The position numbers and the translations under genes are program-made. Shown one piece after another: positions 52,836-64,000 of a stretch of DNA of 64,000 nt. Numbering within the stretch: the stretch's first letter is position 1; every line of letters begins with the position of its first letter. Origin of the DNA: Octopus vulgaris (Eukaryota); assembly GCA_951406725.2 (NCBI GenBank), contig OX597839.1, forward strand, positions 18,042,001 to 18,106,000. Reading direction: 5' to 3'. The notes below the pieces were generated by a model, which saw nothing but the letters and a program-made list of their open reading frames with translations, made no database searches and was not told where the DNA came from.

Positions 52836-54054
52836 ATACAAAGTTATTTAGGACGAATATAAGATCTAAAGTATATCCAAGTAGCAGAAAGATCGCCCAA
52901 AAGTGTATATAGATATTTAAATGTATTTATATATTCATCTATACACACATGTATGTATAATGTGTGTGTATATATTTCCATAGAGGTAACCATTCACTCC
53001 ATACAAAGTTATTTAGGACGAATTGGACGAATATAAGATCTAAAGTGTATCCAAGTAGCAGAAAGATCGTCCAAAAGTGTATATAGATATTTAAATGTAT
53101 TTATATATTCATCTATACACACATGTATGTATAATATGTGTGTATATATTTCCATAGAGGTAACCATTCACTCCATACAAAGTTATTTAGGACGAATTGG
53201 ACAAATATAAGATCTAAAGTATATCCAAGTAGCAGAAAGATCGCCCAAAAGTGTATATAGATATTTAAATGTATTTATATATTCATCTATACACACATGT
53301 ATGTATAATGTGTGTGTATATATTTCCATAGAGGTAACCATTCACTCCATACAAAGTTATTTAGGACGAATTGGACGAATATAAGATCTAAAGTATATCC
53401 AAGTAGCAGAAAGATCGCCCAAAAGTGTATATAGATATTTAAATGTATTTATATATTCATCTATACACACATGTATGTATAATGTGTGTGTATATATTTC
53501 CATAGAGGTAACCATTCACTCCATACAAAGTTATTTAGGACGAATTGGACGAATATAAGATCTAAAGTATATCCAAGTAGCAGAAAGATCGCCCAAAAGT
53601 GTATATAGATATTTAAATGTATTTATATATTCATCTATACACACATGTATGTATAATGTGTGTGTGTATATATTTCCATAGACGTAACCATTCACTCCAT
53701 ACAAAGTTATTTAGGACGAAAATAAGACCTAAAGTTATCTCTAAGTAGCAGAAAGATCGCCCAAAAGTGTATATAGATATTTAAATGTATTTATATATTC
53801 ATCTATACACACATGTATGTATAATGTGTGTGTATATATTTCCATAGAGGTAACCATTCACTCCATACAAAGTTTTTTAGGACGAAAATAACATCTAAAG
53901 TTATCTCTAAGAAGCAGAAAGATCGCCCAAAAGTGTATATAGATATTTAAATGTATTTATATATTCATCTATACACACATGTATGTATAATGTGCATGTA
54001 TATATTTCCATAGAGGTAACCATTCAATCCATACAAAGTTTTTTAGGACGAAAA
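52836..54054. repeat. Tandem repeat, 165-176 bp unit, 7 copies plus a partial, inside a Helitron
   Basis: Units start ATACAAAGTT at 52836, 53001, 53175, 53349, 53523, 53699, 53865 and 54031. Confidence 0.95.
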
Positions 54055-54301
54055 TCTTTATATATAAAAGAAAGGTTGTGTGTCTGTCTACTCCGATTTA
54101 GATTCCTAACTACTCCCACATTTTGCGTTGCAGTTTAACCAAAACCGGGTATCTTATAGTCGTGATTCATATCGAGCCCTTCTGGGTATTAGCGCGCGTC
54201 TTCGATGAGTCTACGATTTTACAAATAATTTACCATCATTTTTTCCATTTTAATGCATTTTTTTTTAATAAAGGGAAGTAACTCTCAAACTTCACACCAA
54301 T

Positions 54302-54795
54302 ATGCGTGCTCATATGCAACGTAATATCACATCAGCAGCATTTCCTCACACCCTCCTTGCACTTGGCGAAGGCAAAATACCAGGGGATGAAACTGGTAAT
54401 ATTGCCATTATTCCATTTGTACCTTTGTTAAGACGCCTTCTGATCTCAGAGATGCAGTGTTCCCAGATCTACAAGCTAATTATCAGAATATGGATTGGAT
54501 TGGCCAAAGGGCTATTCCGGCCCATAGGAATAAAACTGTTCACCATATTAATGATGAAATGCTAAAACTCATTCCTGGGGAAGTCTATGTATATCAGTCT
54601 ATCGATACAACTCCTGACCCAGAGGACGTCATCAACTATCCAATAGAGGTACTCAATTCCTTTGAGCACCCCGGACTACCACCACACTTTCTCAAACTTA
54701 AAGTTGGTGCCCCTATAATGCTCATCAGATATTTGGTTCCCCCAAAACAATGCAATGGCACACGTTTGATCGTTAAGTCCTTATCTCCCACCGTA
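54302..54795 (+). pseudogene. Helitron RepHel PIF1-like helicase fragment, frameshifted
   Basis: NMR...LLALGEGKIP / FPDL...QRAI..RNKTV..IN...YQSID...YPIEVLNS...GLPPHFLKLKVGAPIMLIR...CNGTRLIV, typical of Helitron PIF1 helicases; about 100 bp upstream of a Helitron 3' end. Confidence 0.9.
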
Positions 54796-57112
54796 AACTT
54801 ATATCAATATTTGCCTGAATAATCATCATAATTCAGTGCAATCATTAACAGTACTTTCAAGCAATTCAGCCCCGAGCAACGCCGGGCAATTCTGCTAGTC
54901 TCTTATTATAAAAGGCAGATTTTATCTGCCTCCCTTTGTAAGTTATAGAAATCTACAATATAGGATTTCTTCAATTACAATTTACCTAGCATTTTTAAGA
55001 GTAGAATGCATCGGGTCATGCCAGGTCCAGTTTTTAAATTTTAAACTCCAATTAAGCAAAATTTACAGAAAACTCACATTCTGGTGTGTATGTCAAATGC
55101 TTTTCTTAGTCTGGTTTACAGCACACGCAAACGCACACACACAGTGTGCAACGAATAAAATAAAAGTAAATAGCGATAGAGTGATTTGAGGAAGACTAAA
55201 CTGAAAGTATTTAAACCACTACTCAAAAAATAAAAAAACACAGCAAACAGAAACAAATAAATACACAACGATTTACTCCTCACACAATTTCTTCAATTAG
55301 AATTTACCTAAGATTTTTCAAAGTACTCCATTCGCTCATGCCATAATATATTTCTTTCAATTTCACCCCCAATTAAGACAAAATTCGAGAAAACTCAATA
55401 TTTTAACATTTCACTCCGAAAGCATTGATATACATGTGTGCGTGCGTGAGTGTGTGTGTGTGTGTGTTTGATGGGTTGTGCGACACAGAAAGTGTGGTGT
55501 GTAAGTGAAGTGCTTTTGTTAGTGTGTGTAAAGAGACAGACAGAGTGAAAGACAGAAATAACTGAAGTTTTCACTATGATATCATCACGTGCGAAAAAAT
55601 TCGAAGGGTTTTGAACAATTGAGATACAGATGTCACGCCTGTATTGAAACCATTGCTAAGCTGCCGTAATTGCTTAATTAAGACTTTGTTTAAATTGAAA
55701 GGGGCAAATATGTGACGAGGTTGAAAAAAAATACCCTAGAAAAAAAAATGTACTGCTGGTATTTATATAATTCACTACTATTTTGCTACAATGTCATGAA
55801 AAAGAAAAAATTTAGGTATGTAAATCGAATTCGCAACCCCCTTTTCCCCGTTCGCGTAAAAAAAATTATTATTTAAGTTTTAAAAATTATTTACTTTGTT
55901 CAAAAAATATTAATATTAATTAATTTTTAAGAATTATTTAATTTTATTCTGTAAAATAGTAATTAATTCATTTATCTGTAAATCCGCGAGGTTGTTACTC
56001 AGGCACCTACAATGGTAACCTTCAACTAACACTATCTCCTCCGAGACCCTGCGGCGCAAGTTGACCAAAATTGAGAGTATGGTAGAAGGGTTGCTCTTCC
56101 TTCCGTAGAACATAAAATTCAAATCGGACCATGTTAACACCAAAAATTATTTACATCAAAAAGATGCTTTTTTCTATGAAAATCCCTTTTTTTTACGATT
56201 TTTTCACTGCTGTGTCACCACTTTTCGGTGTATTTCGACCAGAAAAATGTTCACAAAATTTTTACTTTTCAAAATTACAATTCCAGCGGGTTGAAACAAA
56301 CCCGAGCAACGCCGGGCGATACTGCTAGTATATATATAAATGGCAAAATGTCTATGTGTGTGTCCTTTATACAAATCTACAATTTTTCAGTTAGAGGGCT
56401 CACACTTTCTATGGTCATTCAAAACCATCAAAGGGTGGTCGTGCACATCTTTACATTTCCCCAGTCACCCCGCAAAGCCATTAAAAAATCAATAGAAGTG
56501 ACTTTTTTGTGAATTTTCTATCCAAAACCCAATCAAAATGCCTGAAACTTGATACACCAATTGAATGCCAGCTAGTTGTATGTGATTGGTCAGAGATTTG
56601 GACAGTACTCGCGTGCACTCAGCTGTATATGCATGCACTAGCACTATGACCCGGCGTTGCCAGGTCATACTGCTAGTACTGTTTAAATTTACAAGAAACA
56701 AAAGATGAAGACATTTGTAGGAACAACAACCAAGTGTATTAGTTTAACGCTCAGGAAGAATGGTAAAGTCTTTTACGTTTCGAGCCTACACTCTTCAAAA
56801 GAAAGGACGAAAAGGAAAAAAATAGAGAATAAAAAAAAATGAAAAAAAGAGAATGAAAAAAACAAAGAGAGAAAAAAAATTTTGTAGGGATTAATGGTTC
56901 AACATAACAAAATAGCCAGACGAAGGCTGAATGAAAAGGAGATAATTACAGTGACCCAACCAAACAAATTTATTCTCACACGTGCATGTGAGAATGATGT
57001 GTGTAGTGTGTATGTATGAATGGGGGTGAGTGCACGAATATGCATATATATATATGCATATATATATATATATATGCATATATATATATATATGCATATA
57101 TATATATATATA

Positions 57113-57156
<44 letters not shown>

Positions 57157-57172
57157 TATATATATATATATA

Positions 57173-57262
<90 letters not shown>

Positions 57263-57365
57263 TATATATATATATATATGCATATATATATATATGCATA
57301 TATATATATATATATGCATATATATATATATATATATATGCATATATATATATAATAATATAATA

Positions 57366-58333
57366 TAAATATAAGAGAGTGGTCACTATATTGATCACTC
57401 TAGCACCAGTTAATCCAAAATCAACCACGAAAAATACATCCCATGAAAGCCGGTACGACTGTTAGCTCACACGGACAGGGCAAATAAAAAATAACAAAAA
57501 TACAGATTATTTTGGGACAATTGTTTCGCTATTAATGAATTAAATGTAATATTACTTACAATAATCCATTTGTAGCTCTTCAGCCAAGACTATCTGGATG
57601 AAATCCACTCAATCACACGCCAGATTTTACCATAACGATAAATACGCGTGCGGTTCAATTGATTACATCGGACGTTATAATTCAAATGCCCCAACCAACA
57701 GCGCGCCAAACTCTCACGGAAAACAAATACAGCATTTAGAAATAAATGCAGCATAATTATAATTAATTAATAAGGGTGAGAGAATTAGATACTAATTTAA
57801 TAGTATATTTATTCCACACCAAGTGGCCTAGTGCTACGAGAAACCTGGATTATTATAATATTTTATAACATATTATAATATTTTCACAAAATAAATATAA
57901 GAGAGTGGTCACTATATTGATCACTCTAGCACCAGTTAATCCAAAAGGTTTCAACCACGAAAAATACATGTTGAAAGCCCATGAAGAGCTACAAATGGAT
58001 TATTGTAAGTAATATTACATTTAATTCATTAATAGCGAAACAATTGTCCCAAAATAATCTGTATTTTTGTTATTTTTTATTTGCCCTGTCCGTGTGAGCT
58101 AACAGTCGTACCGGCTTTCATGGGAAACATGTATTTTTCGTGGTTGAAACCTTTTGGATTAACTGGTGCTAGAGTGATCAATATAGTGACCACTCTCTTA
58201 TATTTATTTTGTGAAAATATTATATGTTATAAAATATTATAATAATCCAGGTTTCTCGTAGCACTAGGCCACTTGGTGTGGAATAAATATACTATTAAAT
58301 TAGTATCTAATTCTCTCACCCTTATTAATTAAT
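57366..58333. mobile_element. Penelope-like pseudo-LTR structure (tandem plus inverted copy) in a (TA)n microsatellite
   Basis: 57366-57440 repeats at 57892-57969 (period about 526). 57982-58333 is the reverse complement of the monomer junction. Contains a hammerhead. Confidence 0.7.
57511..57587 (-). ncRNA. Minimal type I hammerhead ribozyme motif with intact core
   Basis: Minus strand: TTGG CTGAAGA GCTA...(long stem II)...TAGC GAAA CAATTG TC|CCAA; stem I TTGG/CCAA. Confidence 0.8.
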
Positions 58334-59559
<1,226 letters not shown>

Positions 59560-60391
59560 CTTCCACAAAAATGAATATAACATTGACATCACATTTTAAC
59601 AGATATATTTACCAAAATTACATAAAAATACCTTGAAATACTAAAGAGTAAATTTATTCAATAAAATTGCCATTTGCTTCAACCATGGCCTCCAGATGAC
59701 TTCAGAACCTCCTGCAACTCTTCCGGACAGTCTTCTTGTTTAAGTTAGTCAATGCTGCCATAATCCTTGCCTTCTGTTCATCTTTGGTGTTGCAAAGAGT
59801 TTTATTGGTCTCTCACTCAACTGCGCCCCGCACATAATAATCAAGGGGATTGCAGTCTGGGGAGTTAGATGACTAGATGTTAGGGATGATGTGGTTGCAG
59901 AAATTGTTTGACAGCCATGACTGGGTTCTCCTGCTTGTGTGGCATGGTGCAGAGTCCTGTTGCCAGATGTAGTGTCTTCCAGCAGCCACCCTCTTGACAC
60001 AGAACAGCTCTACCTCTTGGCACTTGATGTAGACCTCCGTGTTGAATCTGAGGCCATGTGGGAATATGAATGGAGACATAATGTCGCCATCACTAATGAT
60101 CACACCAAACATCACAAGTTGACTGGATGTTTGATTTGTATCACTCTGGGTACATGTTTTGGGGACTCAGATTGAAACCCAGCACTCTGAAATGTTCACA
60201 TTGGAGCTTTTGGTGCAAATGTCAAGCAATACAGCATATCGTTTCCAAATTTCTGGTAAAGTGAATTGCATCATGATACTGTTTTTCTCAGACGGTGCCC
60301 AGCAGACCCTACTATACTGTGTAGTTGACAAAATCAAAAACAATGTGCATGTGCAAAATTAAAAATATCAACTATTTACCATCACACCCTG
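59560..60391 (-). mobile_element. DD37D mariner relic, same family as 35857-36945
   Basis: ORF 59873-60115 [30 protein letters not shown]...[19 protein letters not shown]; CAGGGTG terminus next to TA. Confidence 0.85.
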
Positions 60392-62800
60392 TATATGTGT
60401 GTGTGAGATGACTATTTTAATGGCATAAATGTTTATTGGTTACTCTATGTAATTACACACACAAAGACACATATGGAGACACACATCCATACATAACAGA
60501 CGCACATACATAGTCGCACAAACCCCTCCACATAGACACATTCAAACATGCACGCACAAAGAGAAAGAGGTACACACACAAATACACACACGCATACTTA
60601 CAGACACACACACAAACACATTTGTAGAATACACGCACACATACATACATGAATACACAAGCGCACATGCACACAAACAGACAAAACAGACAGATTCAAC
60701 ATCCATTGACAAGGCTGCAAAAGCAACAAACATTTTGGAAGAAAAAAGTATAAATAACAAGAGCATTCAGAGAGAGCGCAAACCTCGGCCAAGGCAACAC
60801 AAATATCATCTCAGAGATTAGCCAGAGATGATTTTTAAAATGAGAATATCTGAAATAAACCTGACTGCTCTCACTAATGAGAATGCTCTTCCTCCTTTGG
60901 ATGCCTCCAATCAGAAATCTGAGGCTTGCCATTAAGATTGCTATCTATCATGCTGTTGTCATCGCAACGTTATAAGGGATGTTGCCCATTATGTTGTTTG
61001 TGAATCTGAGATGACAATGTCTCTTTTTCCTCAAGTTTCTCAAGTCGGATTAGTTCAAATGTGCAGCTCTTTCATTGAAGAGGGAGCGCCAGGTTTGCTG
61101 GTTCCGATTTATGGTTACACCAGTTTGAAAAAAAAAAAAAAAAGAAGAAAGATATTTCAGAACATGCCACACTCTTTTACTCTTTCTTACTTGTTTCACT
61201 CATTTGACTGCGACCCTGCTGGAGCACTGCCTTTAGTCGATGTAATTGACCCCAGGACTTATTCTATCAGGATCTTTTGCCGAACTGCTAAGTTACAGGG
61301 ACGTAAACACACCAACATCGGTTTTCAAGTGATGGTTGGGGGATAAATACAGACACACAAATACATACATACATATACGATGGGCTTCTTTCACTTTCTG
61401 TTTACCAAATCAACTCACAAAGCTTTGGTCGGCCCAAGGCTATAGTAGAAGACACTTGCCCAAGGTGCCACACAGTGGGACTGACCCCGGAACCATGTGT
61501 TGGGGAAGCAAGCTTCTTACCACACAGCCACTCCTGTGCCTATATAATTATCAAATGAAAGGTAGTTACATTACATTCAAATTTTGGCACCAGGCCAGCA
61601 ATTTCAGGGGATGGGCAAGTCGATTAGAATGGCCCCAGTGCTCAACTAGTACTTATTTTATCAACCCCAAAAGGATGAAAGACAAAGTTGACCTCGGCAG
61701 AATTTGAACTCAAAACATAAAGACAGACAAGAAATTGTTATATTGATTGCACAACTGATATTGTCAAAAACCAATGCAAGATCCATTTACTTAGAATGTC
61801 AGAGTTACATGTCTTGCTAAATGGTAGAACGACACATTAACTTAATTTCTCTCATATGTATGTAACCGAAATAAAAACTGGGTATAGAATAACTGGATGT
61901 ATATATAAATATAGTAACGGCCAACTAGTATATACGTTAACAAAGAACCACATGCTAGTGATACCAAAGTCTGGTTTGACACAAAATCTAAACAAATAGG
62001 AAAACTAAATATACATTTCAAACATGGAAAAATTATGTCTAGAAAGACATCACTTTGGAAAATAATTTTGTTGCTGTTGTCATTATCATTCTTCTTCTTC
62101 TTACTATTATTATTATTATTATTATTATCATTATTATTATCATTATCATTATTATCTTCTGAGTTCAAAATTCACCAAGGTCAACTTTACCTTTCATCCT
62201 TTCAGGGTCGATAAATTAAATACCAGTGATATATTGAGGATTGATGTAATCAACTAATCCCCTCCCCTCAAAATTCCAGGCCTTGTGCCTTTAAAAGAAA
62301 GGATTATTATCTTTATTTTAAGGCAGTGATCTGGCATAGTTGTTAGCATGCCAAGCAAAATGTTTGCCAGTATTTTGTCTGTCAACTACATTCCAAGTTC
62401 AAATCACACCAAGGTTAACTTTGCCTTTCATCCTTTCGGGATCAATAAGAAAAGTATCAGTGAAACACTGATGTAGATTTAATCGACTTAACCCCTCCCC
62501 CAAAATTTCAGGCCTTGTGCCTGTAGCAAAAAGGATTATTATTATTATTATCATTACTCTAAGGCAGGGAGCTGGCAGAATCGTTAGCATACCAGGCAAA
62601 ACGCTTAGTGACATTTCATCCATCTCTACATTCTGAATTCAAACTTCCCTGAGGTCGACTTTGCCTTTCATCCTTTTGGGGGTCGATGAGGTTAGAGTTA
62701 GGGTTAGTGGAGTTGATGTAATTGATTAGCTCCCTCCCACAAAATTTCAGGCATTGTGCCTACAGTAGAAAGAATTATTATTATTATTATTATTATTATT

Positions 62801-63030
62801 TTATGTTTGACTTTTGCTTTACATTTGCACAAGTTGGCTCCAAGTCTCACCCAGAGACCTCAAGAGACAACAAGTTGGAAGTTCATGTTGGTATTATACC
62901 TAGGGTGCCATATGTTTGGTTTTGTACATAGTGTTGTTCTAGAGAATGTTTCAGAAACCATAAGAAAATTATGTTTGTTTTAAAACTTGAGATTACATAG
63001 AAAGTATTTTGCATAGGATATGGGCAGTTC
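62801..63030 (-). mobile_element. 3'-end fragment of the same R4/Dong-type element
   Basis: Highly similar to 30971-31230 (TAHILxKILSM* plus 3' UTR); also embedded in (ATT)n. Confidence 0.85.
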
Positions 63031-64000
63031 TTCTTCTAATTATTATTATTATTATATTATTATTATTATTTTATTATTTTTTTAAGGCAATAAGCTGACA
63101 GAATGGTTAGCATGCCAAACAAAATGCTTAGTTGCATTTTTGTCTTTTACGTTCCGAGTTCAAATTCCACAGAGATTGATTTCGCCTCACCTGTTTCCAA
63201 GCATGCTAATATTTCCCCATGGCCAGACATGTGTGCGAAAGGCTCATTCTAATCAGTATGAACACAAAACAGGTAGACTGTTTGGGCCAGATATGATCGG
63301 ATGAAACGCAAAAGGTTAGGGCATGAAGAAACTCTCATGAGATTTGAATAGTAGAAGACCTTTAGAGAAGAAACCTCACTCAAGCAAGTGTTTTAGCCCT
63401 TAATCTTTTTTCTGGGGCCAGATATCATATTCTCTTCTTGCCTTTCTGCTGACATTTTTTTTATCCATTTTTATATCGGAGACTTGCTGTGCATTTAAAA
63501 CATATTCTTGTACTTGCTTCATTCATTTGAGTGTGACCATGCTGGAACACTGCACTGAACAGTTTTAGTCAAACAAATCAACCCCAGGGCTATTTTTTTA
63601 AAATCTAGTACTTATTCTATCATAACTGCTAAGTTGTGGGGATGTAAACATACGGTTGTCACAGACAATGAAGATACACACACAAATATATACATATATA
63701 TATATATATAAGAGATAATGGTGTCATTGAGACCCAAAGATGTCAGGTAATGCTGAATAAGTGCTATAGACAGACCCTAGTTAAGTTCCAGATTCGGTAA
63801 TATTGCGAATAGAGGGTTCAATGTTGCTTCTATATCAGCGTGTGTATATAAGAATTTTTTGTGTAATGAGATAACAAAAGCAAAGGCTGTATAGATATTA
63901 GAGCATTTATAGTTAGATGGTCTAACATTTATACAGCCTTGGTTTTTATCTTATTACGCAAAAACATTCTTATATATATATATATATATATAAATATATA

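Larger units (their letters stand above)
51835..56676 (+). mobile_element. Head-to-tail chain of non-autonomous Helitrons
   Basis: 5' ends TCTCTTATTATAAAAGGCAG at 51835 and 54899, TCTTTATATATAAAAG at about 54055, and TATATATATAAATGGC at 56329. 3' GC hairpin plus CTAG ends at 54898, 56328 and 56676. Confidence 0.85.

Noticed and set aside
52836-54054. Possible CRISPR-like array
   Set aside because: The units are identical along their whole length with no unique spacers, the context is eukaryotic, and there are no cas genes.
54457-54822. Host PIF1 helicase gene
   Set aside because: Partial, frameshifted and intronless, and bounded by Helitron termini.
61842-62168. 108-aa hydrophobic ORF as a gene
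   Set aside because: The N-terminus comes from a SINE and (AAT)n, there is no recognisable domain, and no convincing donor; kept only as an acceptor to check.

Overview
AT-rich, repeat-dense eukaryotic genomic DNA. The SINE, microsatellite and transposon landscape looks like an octopus (coleoid cephalopod); that assignment is an inference. The one well-supported host gene is RAD51C on the minus strand. It has 7 coding exons from 39411 down to 2744, all with GT-AG junctions and matching phases, giving a 1131-nt CDS and a 376-aa protein with Walker A GAPGIGKT and Walker B LVIIDS. The intron after the first coding exon is 25.7 kb. Everything else is repeat-derived: four SINE families, an R4/Dong-type RT-RLE retrotransposon in (TAA)n, CR1 and RTE fragments, DD37D Tc1/mariner relics, hAT-, piggyBac- and Merlin-like MITEs, and a head-to-tail Helitron chain with a PIF1 helicase fragment and an internal ~174-bp tandem repeat. 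Most ORFs in the supplied track are microsatellite or SINE artefacts. The most unusual signal is a set of about seven minimal type I hammerhead-ribozyme loci from several sequence families. Most sit in Penelope-like or retrozyme-like tandem or inverted units next to microsatellites, and several lie in sense orientation inside RAD51C introns. One carries the compensatory U3-A8 core. Several long fold-back hairpins also lie close to RAD51C splice acceptors. All structure calls were made by eye, with no folding or database search.
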